64,000 nucleotides of DNA, from assembly GCA_903915955.1 (NCBI GenBank), contig CAIWUU010000058.1, forward strand, positions 8,169 to 72,168. The letters are read 5' to 3'. The notes beneath the pieces were generated by a model, which worked only from the letters and a program-made list of their open reading frames with translations, did not search any database and was not told where the DNA came from. The position numbers and the translations under genes are program-made. This DNA comes from an uncultured Chlorobiaceae bacterium (GTDB taxonomy: Bacteria; Bacteroidota; Chlorobiia; Chlorobiales; Chlorobiaceae). Below are positions 51,277 through 60,898 of this stretch, one piece after another (position 1 is the stretch's first letter; each line of letters begins with the position of its first letter).

Positions 51277-53343
51277 TTAATCCACTCCGTATGAAGAGAT
51301 ATGCATCCAAAGATCCTTTTCAGTGTCAGCACTCTTGCGAAGCATAAAAAGTCCCTCAGAACCAGAAACCCTACCCTGCATCTTTTGACCAATCTTTTGA
51401 TTCAACCTCCGAATTTCAGTGGCTGTGAATTTTTTCCAGAGAATAAATACAGGGTCACGGGGAGCAAAAAGTTTATGCAGACGTGCTCCAGAGATATTAT
51501 CAAGCTGGTAAAATGAGATCTGCGATGAAACGGGTACCCGCTGAGGTTTTTCCGACAAGAGAACAAACTCTTTGATCGATGACAAAAATGAGTATCGCTT
51601 GTCATCGATTGAAAAAGAAGAGCTTCCCAAGATGTGATAGGGCAAAAGATCATCTGCTATAACCACAAGATGGCTGAAACCAGTGATTGATCCTGCAAGG
51701 GGCTCATAGAATGCTCTGGTAAACCACGCTTGTTCCCTCTCGGGTGCTGAAGAGAGAGCTCCTGATGCAAGCTCACTGCGAAGAGTGCGAATGGCTGAGG
51801 CGGGCGTATGCTGTGCATCGAAAGAGATGTGGCTTCCGGTAATCTGCAACTGCCGCTTGCCAATCAGCATGACACCGCAAAGACTGTCGGAAAGCAACGG
51901 CTTGATAATAAGTTGATCCTCCTTTAAAACCTCCTGAACAGTACGAAGCGTTACTGGAATAAACTGAATGGCTTCGGCTGCAACAGGATTAATGGCTCGC
52001 ACCTCAGAAAGCAGTTCAAGCATCTTGCCTCTTTTGATGTTCAGAGCCTGATCAACCTGCCTGCTTGTTTCAGCACCTTCAGCTTGACTGAAAATATTGG
52101 CTTTCCGCTGAAGCAACCCGGCAGTTTCATGTTGCAATCGACGAATTTTTGCTTCAAGTGCCTCATGACCTTTTCCAAGCACAAAACTGTTTGGATATCG
52201 CAGCAGTGTACGTTTCAGCTCAAGAGTGCCTATTTTTTCTTCTGCATCGAAAAGCTCAAAAATCCTTGATTGCTCCAAAAGCAGCGCGGTCAAACGACGC
52301 CCTGCACTTTTCTCGATTTGAAGATACTCTGTTGTCGGGTAAGGGGGGGCAAAATCCCTGCTGAGAGCAAAACCCTGTTGCAGGGCCGCAATCCGCTCTT
52401 CAGCACTGAGTGATTTACTCGACGCCAGCATAAAAAGTGATGTCGCCTGGGCATACTGCATAGTAGTGACCCGAAAATAGTCTGCAACCTCACGGAAAGC
52501 ATCAGCTTTTCGAACAATAACGGCGTTCGATTCCAGACGAAGCACCTGAATAAGATGCTGGTTTTGCGCCTCCTCGGCCAGCATCAGCGCCCTGAAGAGA
52601 AGATAACTGGCATTTCTCTGCTGTTTTTCAAGGAGCAAAAGACTCTTTGCGGCAGTTCTGATGGCCTGAATCCGCAGCACCAACTCACCTTCACTTGCGA
52701 ACACTCTTTTCGATTCAGCGGCAATTTTAGCCGCTATGCTCTCTGCACTCTCGGTGCCAAGCTCCGGCTGAGCTACCTTGCAGTGGAGAAGACCAGCAAA
52801 GGCCATTATCCTTGTGGCAGGATCATACTCCAGAGCAGTATAAGGGTGATAAATCGTTGCTGCTTTCGCATAGTCCCCACTCTCCTGGCACAGGGTGGCC
52901 AACTCAAACCGATGCTTTTGTGAGGGAGAAGCAATCTTCTCCAGCGCTGCTGCAGCCGCCTTAAAATTACCCAATTCACAAAGCAAGGTGGCTTCATCAG
53001 AAAAGAGCCCTGCTCGAAGTGAATCCGGCAGGGGAAGTTTTTCAAGATGCGCTGCTGTTATAAGCGCTGCGTAATACTCGCCTGTCAGCCCTTCAAGATG
53101 CCTCTTCTCCTGGAGTGCCTCTACCACCCTTGGAGAGTTAACCTGCAACGTATCCAGAGCAATCGCCCTGTTATAACAATCAAGTGCTTTCAAATATTCC
53201 TTACCTCGACTGAAGGTGGATGCCTGCTTGTACAACACCTCCAGAGCATGCTCTGCCTGATCGGCAGAACCACAACCTGAAAAAAGAAAAAAAAGAGCAA
53301 CAAGATGCATTCCTAACGGAGACCGTCGGAAATGTATTTTCAT
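51277..53343 (-). CDS. TPR-like lipoprotein of unknown function
   Basis: 688 aa with a signal peptide and lipobox LFSGC. The N-terminal half shows TPR-like helical repeats (YYAALITAAHL, GDYAKAATIY..). The C-terminal ~250 aa are unassigned. Confidence 0.65.
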   Translation of the reverse strand: MKIHFRRSPLGMHLVALFFLFSGCGSADQAEHALEVLYKQASTFSRGKEYLKALDCYNRAIALDTLQVNSPRVVEALQEKRHLEGLTGEYYAALITAAHLEKLPLPDSLRAGLFSDEATLLCELGNFKAAAAALEKIASPSQKHRFELATLCQESGDYAKAATIYHPYTALEYDPATRIMAFAGLLHCKVAQPELGTESAESIAAKIAAESKRVFASEGELVLRIQAIRTAAKSLLLLEKQQRNASYLLFRALMLAEEAQNQHLIQVLRLESNAVIVRKADAFREVADYFRVTTMQYAQATSLFMLASSKSLSAEERIAALQQGFALSRDFAPPYPTTEYLQIEKSAGRRLTALLLEQSRIFELFDAEEKIGTLELKRTLLRYPNSFVLGKGHEALEAKIRRLQHETAGLLQRKANIFSQAEGAETSRQVDQALNIKRGKMLELLSEVRAINPVAAEAIQFIPVTLRTVQEVLKEDQLIIKPLLSDSLCGVMLIGKRQLQITGSHISFDAQHTPASAIRTLRSELASGALSSAPEREQAWFTRAFYEPLAGSITGFSHLVVIADDLLPYHILGSSSFSIDDKRYSFLSSIKEFVLLSEKPQRVPVSSQISFYQLDNISGARLHKLFAPRDPVFILWKKFTATEIRRLNQKIGQKMQGRVSGSEGLFMLRKSADTEKDLWMHISSYGVD

Positions 53344-53441
53344 AACGTGGAGCCTCCAGCTCCCTTTTCAAGAATTTAATAGTATGTTGTACCTGAATAT
53401 AAAGGAAATAAAGGTTTAACACGAAAAACAGCAATCAACCA

Positions 53442-53888
53442 ATGATAGCAGAAAAAACACAAGCGCCAGCATTTACCCTTTCTGATGGCGATGGAAAGCG
53501 CATCTCACTCTCCGACTTCACCGGAAAAAAAGTGCTGATCATCTTTTATCCGGGCGACGACACCCCGGTCTGTACCGCACAATTGTGCGACTACCGTAAC
53601 AATGTACTCGAATTCACGAAACGCGGAATTGCAGTGCTTGGCATAAGCTCCGACAGTGCCGCTTCACACAAAAGCTTTGCCGAGCGCAATCAGCTCCCCT
53701 TCACTCTCTTGAGCGACACTGAAAAAACAGTGGCAAAAGCCTACGATGCCCTCGGCTTTCTCGGCATGTCGCAACGCGCATACGTGCTTGTTGATGAAGC
53801 CGGAGTGGTTCTGCTGGCCTACAGCGACTTTCTGCCGATACTCTATCAGCCGATGAAGGATCTGCTGGCGAGAATTGACGGGGTGTAG
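53442..53888 (+). CDS. bcp: thioredoxin-dependent thiol peroxidase (Bcp-type peroxiredoxin)
   Basis: 148 aa with the peroxidatic Cys in FYPGDDTPVCTAQLC. Confidence 0.9.
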   Translation: MIAEKTQAPAFTLSDGDGKRISLSDFTGKKVLIIFYPGDDTPVCTAQLCDYRNNVLEFTKRGIAVLGISSDSAASHKSFAERNQLPFTLLSDTEKTVAKAYDALGFLGMSQRAYVLVDEAGVVLLAYSDFLPILYQPMKDLLARIDGV

Positions 53889-54039
53889 CTCCCGTAACGT
53901 TCCTGCCGCAGAGAGAGAATGCGGAAAAACCCTGGACTGGTAAAGGGAAAATGGAATTGTACGTCTTGACGTTGTAGCTGATGGAGAAAGCCTTATCTTA
54001 AAGAACAACGTTCAATGGATACAAAATGAGATTACTACT

Positions 54040-54842
<803 letters not shown>

Positions 54843-54882
54843 AATTATTCAGGCGACCATTCAATAATTCCAGCAGTGGGGG

Positions 54883-54987
54883 CGCGATATGCTGGCTATA
54901 CACACCAAAACGTTTGTGAGCAGTAGTGTATTGATCCGAATCCAAGGTTAATACGCGATATGCTGGCTATACACACCAAAACGTTTG
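54883..54987. repeat. two exact 34-bp direct repeats separated by a 37-bp unique spacer
   Basis: CGCGATATGCTGGCTATACACACCAAAACGTTTG occurs at 54883-54916 and 54954-54987. Each copy ends in the palindrome AAACGTTT. No third copy or cas gene is in the window. Confidence 0.8.
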
Positions 54988-54997
54988 ACTCCCTTTG

Positions 54998-55168
54998 TCA
55001 TTCGCCCTCGTCCCACGAGGACTGGCCATCAAGTACGCTGTCAAGAAAAGTAACATCTCCCCCTGCGGCCAGACTGTTGAACTTTTCATCCCAGCCCTGA
55101 CGAGGAAGTGATGCGGAACAAATTAGTAACGTTTCATTCTCAACTTCAAACTCCATATCTGTCCCCAT
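54998..55168 (-). pseudogene. truncated AbrB/MazE-type antitoxin remnant with a 17-codon toxin stub
   Basis: The minus-strand ORF MGTDMEFEVENETLLICSASLPRQGWDEKF...SSWDEGE looks like the C-terminal half of a SpoVT/AbrB antitoxin. Its stop overlaps (ATGA) an ORF MTKGVKRFGVY... that terminates inside the repeat. Confidence 0.35.
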
Positions 55169-56063
55169 AGTGAGTACAAGCGTAAGGCTTATTGATTTTC
55201 TGTGTGTTTTGAACCAACGCTATAAAGTCACTTTCCTTGATAATGCGGATTTTTTGTCCTTTCGAAATTAACTGTTCTGCCTTGATGTGTTTTGAACTTT
55301 TTTCTTTTCCGCCTAATCTCAATAGGTCTTGGTCACCAACGACTAAAATGCTGGTTTTCTTGGTAATACCCGTGCCAACTGAGCAACCAATGCTGGATGC
55401 AATATCTGCTGCTTCAGTACGAGGGATTTCCAAGGAACCTGTAAACACCATTATTTCACCATATAATTCGCCGTCAGGATTCCCATCTCTTTTTATTTCC
55501 GTTTTTAAAGAAGATTTTTCAGTACCTATTGGCTGCTTAACACGATACATCCATGCATTTAAATCCAAACCTGACGTTTCAATTGCTGCAAGTAATACTT
55601 GTCCACAGGCTTTAGCATCTTCTAATGCATCATGATGCTTAAATGTATAACCGATCATTTCACAGATGTTTGCAAGACCGTAACCCTTCCAAGCAAACTC
55701 TTCCCATGTCCTTCGGGCTACTCTTGCAGAATCAAGCCAATTAGTTTCTATTTCTTGAAGATCATATTTTGCCAATGCTCGACTCACTGATACACGATCA
55801 AAATGAGTATGGCTAACGCAAATTGTATTTTTCAAGAATGCTGCCAATATTTCAATAATCTGAGGAAAAGTTGGAGATCCCTTGACCACATGTTCATCTA
55901 TACCGTGGACACCAATATTTATGTAATCAAAGTAATCCTCAGGGTCAATCAATGATGACCACTCTTCAACCAATCTGCCATCAGCATATTTTGCTATCCC
56001 TATCTGGCAAATTGAAGCCATATCAGCATTTGCTGTTTCAACATCAATGGCTACAAAGCTCAA
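55146..56063 (-). CDS. DnaQ-like DEDDh 3'-5' exonuclease fused to a C-terminal BRCT domain
   Basis: The motifs are ExoI IDVETAN, ExoII SHTHFD and ExoIII HHDALEDA, followed by a BRCT-like tail (VFTGSL..TKKTSILVVG). It has a TTG start 9 nt after the SD GGGAGG. Confidence 0.85.
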   Translation of the reverse strand: MSFVAIDVETANADMASICQIGIAKYADGRLVEEWSSLIDPEDYFDYINIGVHGIDEHVVKGSPTFPQIIEILAAFLKNTICVSHTHFDRVSVSRALAKYDLQEIETNWLDSARVARRTWEEFAWKGYGLANICEMIGYTFKHHDALEDAKACGQVLLAAIETSGLDLNAWMYRVKQPIGTEKSSLKTEIKRDGNPDGELYGEIMVFTGSLEIPRTEAADIASSIGCSVGTGITKKTSILVVGDQDLLRLGGKEKSSKHIKAEQLISKGQKIRIIKESDFIALVQNTQKINKPYACTHYGDRYGV

Positions 56064-56081
56064 AAGTCTGTACCTCCCAAA

Positions 56082-56453
56082 TTATGGATCAACATACTTT
56101 GACGCATCACCTGTATAAATAACAGTAATTCCTGTTTTTATACAGGTGATGCGTGTTTCTTTACTCGTATCAATATCTAAATCCTCATTTCGTAAACCTT
56201 GCCATTGTGCCAAGTAGTTAAGAGAACCATACTTTTCTTTCTTTTTTAGTTTTTTCTCTACATCACCCTTCCAAGCAAATACGGGCAACTCGCCATTCAT
56301 GGCACGATCTGACAACTCTGGCAATTTGATGCGGTTTATTCGTCCAACTTCCCAGCATGTTATAAGACCATTATCCGGGCCATTCCATCGTTGACAAAAT
56401 GTAGGGTCTTTTCTTATTGGCTTGTCAACAGAGCGAAAAATATGTGTAGTCAC
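56082..56453 (-). CDS. hypothetical 123-aa protein, co-transcribed with the exonuclease-BRCT gene
   Basis: GTG start and an 18-nt gap to the exonuclease gene. It has no TM segment or known motif, and it is very AT-rich (19 G+C in 60 nt at 56221-56280 by hand count). Confidence 0.55.
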   Translation of the reverse strand: MTTHIFRSVDKPIRKDPTFCQRWNGPDNGLITCWEVGRINRIKLPELSDRAMNGELPVFAWKGDVEKKLKKKEKYGSLNYLAQWQGLRNEDLDIDTSKETRITCIKTGITVIYTGDASKYVDP

Positions 56454-56782
56454 TTACTTTCTCCCCACTTATTACACGTTTAACCATCATAAAAAAGCAT
56501 TATAGAGCATAAACTACTACATAAGTTACAATAACGGTATAAAGATTCCCGGTAAAACATGCAAAGTAAAAACATGTTCATGTTGACATGCAATTCCAAA
56601 GGAGTTTCTGCCAAGTACACCATCCCAGTATACGGATATTTCCTGCAAACAATGAAAAGCGTTAAACCCCGATTTCACCCGAGAACCAACCAAAACCTCG
56701 AATTTCAATAATCCACAGCTTTTCCGTATCTTCGCCCACGAACTTGTACTCTTCAGTAACATTCAACATTGCATTTACCATC

Positions 56783-57205
56783 ATGGAAAGAACCCTGACC
56801 ATCCTGAAACCTGATTGTGTCCGCAAAAATCTTGTCGGCGCTGTCATTAACCACATCGAACGTGCTGGCTTTCGCGTTGTAGCGATGAAAAAAATCAGGC
56901 TCACCACTGAGACTGCCGGAGAATTTTATGCCGTTCACCGTGAGCGCCCTTTTTATGGCGAACTGGTTGAGTTTATGTCTTCGGGTCCTTGTGTGCCTAT
57001 GATTCTTGAGAAGAATAATGCTGTTGCAGACTTCCGTACCGTCATTGGTGCCACTGATCCAGCCCAGGCTGATGAGGGTACCGTGCGCAAACTCTATGCC
57101 GACAGCAAGGGTGAGAACATTGTCCACGGCTCTGACTCTGACGAGAACGCCGCCATAGAGGCAGCCTTTTTCTTCTCTACCGAAGAGGTTGTCAGAGGCA
57201 ACTAA
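56783..57205 (+). CDS. ndk: nucleoside diphosphate kinase
   Basis: It begins [11 protein letters not shown] and has the active-site NIVHGSDS. The start is set at the conserved MERTL (ATG 56783). Confidence 0.95.
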   Translation: MERTLTILKPDCVRKNLVGAVINHIERAGFRVVAMKKIRLTTETAGEFYAVHRERPFYGELVEFMSSGPCVPMILEKNNAVADFRTVIGATDPAQADEGTVRKLYADSKGENIVHGSDSDENAAIEAAFFFSTEEVVRGN

Positions 57206-57328
57206 GTTTCAGAGGAATTGAACCGCAAAAAAAGCGATCGGAAGGTCGCTTTTTTTTATGGGTTGTCGTGCATGATAAGGGCAGCATCCTCAGCAAAACC
57301 AGCCTTATTGGCGCCCTCACGAAGAGTA

Positions 57329-58432
57329 TCATCCATGACCGGATGGCTTATCACTTTGAAGCTCGGCAAGATAGTCGCTGAAGCTCTCTCCGTACATCTC
57401 CCATATTGTCATAAAAAGGGCGGCGACTATGGGGCCAATAATAAATCCGAAGAGCCCGAACAGGCCGATACCTCCCAGCGTTCCAAAAAAAATAAGCAGC
57501 TCATGCATCTGTGTGTCGCGCCCGATAAGGATGGGACGAATAATATTGTCAATCTGGCCAACAACAATACTGCAAAAGAGCAGCACGCCAATAGCCTGAG
57601 GATACTGCCCGATCGCAGCAAGGTAAATCACCGCAGGAACCCAGACAAGTGGAGGACCGAGAACCGGCACCACCGAAATCAGCGACATAATGGTGCCCCA
57701 AAAGAGAGCGCTGTCGATACCAGCAAAATGCAGGGCAAGACCGGCAAGAGATCCCTGTACAATCCCGACCACCATGCTTCCCTTTATCGTCGCACGGGTG
57801 ACCGACAAAAACTTGTCGAGCAGCCGATGCTGATCACTCTTCGTCAGCGGAAGCAGCGAGAGCGTCCTGGCAAGCAGCTCCTTTCCATCTCGTAAAAAAA
57901 AGAACATGGTGTAGAGAAAGATAAAAAGCAGGAAGAGGTCATTCACTGCCGAATAGGTAAATGAGGATATGGAATTAAACAGCATTGAACCCGTGTTACT
58001 GGCAAGCTCTCCCGCTTTCTGAAAAATTTCCTCCCGATAGAGTTCGAGATCGTCGTAAAAAGGAAGCGCGCGCAATTGCTGGTCGAAGGAGGCTGACTCG
58101 AGAAGCTGCTGCTGAACCCAGGGAATGGCAAGACGGCTTATTCGCACGGCCTGTTTGGCAACAACACCAAAAAGAGTTGCCAATGGAAAAACCACCATGA
58201 GCAAGAGGGTAAGCATGGTCATGGCGGCACTGGCGCTTTTGCCACCCCTGAACCAGCGCTCAAAACGGCTGAACACAGGCATGGCAAGGGCTGAAAAGAG
58301 GGCGGCAAGAAAAATGACCATGAGGAAATATCGGATCATGGCAAAAAAAATGGCCGAGATGAACAGGAGAAGGAGGAGAAGAATAGCCTGATTTGATTTG
58401 ATTCTGTTCATGATCGTTTTTATTAGCCTCAA
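57329..58432 (-). CDS. AI-2E family transporter (PerM/UPF0118)
   Basis: 367 aa with about 8 TM helices and the C-terminal pattern FFGTLGGIGLFGLFGFIIGP typical of this family. Confidence 0.8.
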   Translation of the reverse strand: MRLIKTIMNRIKSNQAILLLLLLFISAIFFAMIRYFLMVIFLAALFSALAMPVFSRFERWFRGGKSASAAMTMLTLLLMVVFPLATLFGVVAKQAVRISRLAIPWVQQQLLESASFDQQLRALPFYDDLELYREEIFQKAGELASNTGSMLFNSISSFTYSAVNDLFLLFIFLYTMFFFLRDGKELLARTLSLLPLTKSDQHRLLDKFLSVTRATIKGSMVVGIVQGSLAGLALHFAGIDSALFWGTIMSLISVVPVLGPPLVWVPAVIYLAAIGQYPQAIGVLLFCSIVVGQIDNIIRPILIGRDTQMHELLIFFGTLGGIGLFGLFGFIIGPIVAALFMTIWEMYGESFSDYLAELQSDKPSGHG

Positions 58433-58438
58433 TAAAAC

Positions 58439-59182
58439 TTAAAACCACTCCGCAGAGTCCCCTTCAAGTAGCTGCGAACGGACATAGGCCACAGCAAACA
58501 GTCCAGCCGTTTCGGCCCTGAGAATTGTTTTTCCCAGAGAGATCGGGGCAAATCCTGCTGCCTCAGCGCCCTGCACCTCACCCGTCGTAAAGCCACCCTC
58601 ACCCCCAATCAAAAAAAGTATCTTTTTACCGCTGCACTGCACTCTGGGCGGAACCTCTGAACCCTCATAAGGAATCAGCCTGAGATCGTATCCCTGAAGT
58701 TCAAGTACCTTTTTGAAAGAGAGCGGTTCATGAAGCGTTGGCAGATAATATCGTTTTGACTGTCGCGCAGCAGAGAGCATAATCGTTCTCCACCGGTTGA
58801 GCTTCCCCTGAACTTTTTCACTCGATGGCTGAGAGATCGTCCTCACCGTCATCATGGGAATAATAGAAGATACTCCAAGTTCAGTGGCCTTTTCCAAAAA
58901 CAGATCAAATCGCTGGGGTGCCTTGAGCAGGGAGAGCGCAACCGTCACTTCGGTTATTGATCGGCAAACAGTGGTTTCATTGATAATTTCCGCCCTTAAT
59001 GAGCTTTTATCGACAGCCGAAATCCTTACTTCACAACGCAAACCATTGCCATCGGTCACAAGAATCTGATCTCCCTCTTTTTTTCTCAGCACCCGCACAA
59101 GATGGTGAAACTCATCGCCATCAATCACAAGAGTTCGTGCAGCGAGAGTAACTTGCTCCGGAGATGTATAAAAAAGTTCCAT
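58439..59182 (-). CDS. rsmE: 16S rRNA (uracil1498-N3)-methyltransferase
   Basis: N-terminal ..DGDEFHHLVRVLR and C-terminal GGEGGFT...LGKTILRAETA match RsmE. The start is set at MELFYTS (ATG 59182). Confidence 0.85.
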   Translation of the reverse strand: MELFYTSPEQVTLAARTLVIDGDEFHHLVRVLRKKEGDQILVTDGNGLRCEVRISAVDKSSLRAEIINETTVCRSITEVTVALSLLKAPQRFDLFLEKATELGVSSIIPMMTVRTISQPSSEKVQGKLNRWRTIMLSAARQSKRYYLPTLHEPLSFKKVLELQGYDLRLIPYEGSEVPPRVQCSGKKILFLIGGEGGFTTGEVQGAEAAGFAPISLGKTILRAETAGLFAVAYVRSQLLEGDSAEWF

Positions 59183-59189
59183 GACCTCT

Positions 59190-59882
59190 TTACTCCCTCG
59201 CAGCCAAAGCAAGAGCGGCAAGCGAGACGCTTTTCGCTCCGCCTGCACGCAGCGCTTCTGCCGCAGCAGCCATAGTCGCGCCTGTTGTCACGACATCATC
59301 AACAAGCAGGACATGACGGCCCCGCACTCCGCTGGTAGCAAGAAACGCCCCGGCAGAATTCTTTTCCCGATCAATGGCTGACAGGCCAGTCTGCGAAACA
59401 GTAAACCGCTCTCTTACAAGAAATTCTGAGCGCACCGGCCTCCGCAGCGATTGAGCGAGACCGTCAGCAATTTTTTCTGACTGGTTATAAGAGCGTTCAA
59501 TTTTTTTAAGCCGATGCAGTGGAATCGGCACAAGACACTCAATCGCTCCAATACCTCCCCCGGAAAGCATCCAACGACCAAGTTGACGACCAAACATTGT
59601 ACCAAGGTGCAAGAGCCCCTCATACTTCATGGAGTGCAGCACCTGCTGTAGTGCACTCTTTTTGTGAAACAAGTAACGACACCAACCCCGTTCAAATGGA
59701 AAGCGTTCGCCAAAATGAGCAACAATGGTGGAACGCAGCTCATTTTCCGCTTCAGAAATGGTTGAGAACGGATCAAACCCCTCCATACAGGCACTGCAAC
59801 AATACTCTTCACCAGGAAGAAGGAGCCTCTTGCAGAGCAGGCAGACATGGGGAAAAAGCAGATGAAGCAGTTGTTCGCGCAT
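59190..59882 (-). CDS. ComF family protein (phosphoribosyltransferase domain)
   Basis: N-terminal Cys pairs (CLLC...CCSAC) and the C-terminal PRTase motif VLLVDDVVTTGAT. Confidence 0.8.
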   Translation of the reverse strand: MREQLLHLLFPHVCLLCKRLLLPGEEYCCSACMEGFDPFSTISEAENELRSTIVAHFGERFPFERGWCRYLFHKKSALQQVLHSMKYEGLLHLGTMFGRQLGRWMLSGGGIGAIECLVPIPLHRLKKIERSYNQSEKIADGLAQSLRRPVRSEFLVRERFTVSQTGLSAIDREKNSAGAFLATSGVRGRHVLLVDDVVTTGATMAAAAEALRAGGAKSVSLAALALAARE

Positions 59883-59901
59883 AGCTTATACTGGTCTATG
59901 G

Positions 59902-60885
59902 TTAGCCGAAGCATAAGGCAGCGGCACCATACATCCCTGCCTTGTTGCCGAGAAGAGCTGGTACAAGCTCAAGCCCTTCGTGCATGGAAGGAAGCGTTGA
60001 CTTTTTAACCTGAGCAAGAGCAGGTGCAAGAATAAGATTACCAGCGGCTGAAATACCGCCTCCAATAACAAATTTACGGATATCCATGAGCACGGCAACA
60101 TTGGCAAGCCCGACACCAAGGAGAGAACCAACCCTGTGCCATAGTGCAATGGAGACTTCGTCGCCTGCAAGAGCTGCTTCTTCAAGATGGCGTGGAGAGA
60201 GTTTGGAATAGTCATTACCACAAAGAGTACCTGCAGAGGAGCCGAAAGGAGTTGCATCCATCATCTGCCGGGCAATCGCCAGAATCCCTTTTTTCCCGAT
60301 AAAGCTCTCAAGAGTACCCCTGATACCTGCATGAATCGTCGGCCCCTCAAAATCAAGAATCATGAAGCCCACTTCGCCAGCAGTACCAGAAGCGCCACGG
60401 TAGAGTTGCCTGTCGAGCACAATCCCGCCTCCAACGCCTGTGCCAAGAGTCACCATGAGAAAATCATTATACTCACGACCCGCACCATAACGGGCCTCAC
60501 CCAGCGCGGCAACATTGGCATCATTGTCGAGAGTGACGGAAATGGAGAGCTTCTCTCTCTCCATAAGACAGCTCTGCAGTTCATCGCGCAAGGGCACAAC
60601 AGACCAACCAGGAAGATTGGGAGGATAGCTCAACAATCCCTTCCGGGAATTGACGGCTCCCGGCGCTCCAACTCCTGCACCAACAAAATTTTCGGCTGAA
60701 TTTTTCCTGGAGGCTTCGCGATAAAGATCAGCAATAATTGCAGAAAGCTGTATCACAATACCCCGTGGGCCGGATGCTGTATCAGTGAAAACCCTTCTGT
60801 CAGTCAGAATACCTCTCTCCTTATCGACCACAGCAGCCTTGATTGCCGTACCACCAAAATCTATACCAATTGCCCATTGAGACAT
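59902..60885 (-). CDS. ROK family glucokinase
   Basis: It has the N-terminal ATP motif IGIDFGGTAIK and the ROK signature region with GAGREY..TLGTGVGGG. The start is set at MSQWAIGIDFGG (ATG 60885). Confidence 0.8.
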   Translation of the reverse strand: MSQWAIGIDFGGTAIKAAVVDKERGILTDRRVFTDTASGPRGIVIQLSAIIADLYREASRKNSAENFVGAGVGAPGAVNSRKGLLSYPPNLPGWSVVPLRDELQSCLMEREKLSISVTLDNDANVAALGEARYGAGREYNDFLMVTLGTGVGGGIVLDRQLYRGASGTAGEVGFMILDFEGPTIHAGIRGTLESFIGKKGILAIARQMMDATPFGSSAGTLCGNDYSKLSPRHLEEAALAGDEVSIALWHRVGSLLGVGLANVAVLMDIRKFVIGGGISAAGNLILAPALAQVKKSTLPSMHEGLELVPALLGNKAGMYGAAALCFG

Positions 60886-60898
60886 AGCACACCAATGA

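Noticed and set aside
51277-52050. Annotating the C-terminal domain of the TPR lipoprotein as a CHAT protease
   Set aside because: The resemblance is limited to the general hydrophobic pattern, and I could not locate the catalytic His and Cys. I left it as unassigned.
54883-54987. Calling the 34/37/34 bp repeat unit a CRISPR array
   Set aside because: There are only two repeat copies, with no cas genes, no leader and no further spacers in 64 kb. I kept it as a generic direct repeat and flagged it as a finding instead.
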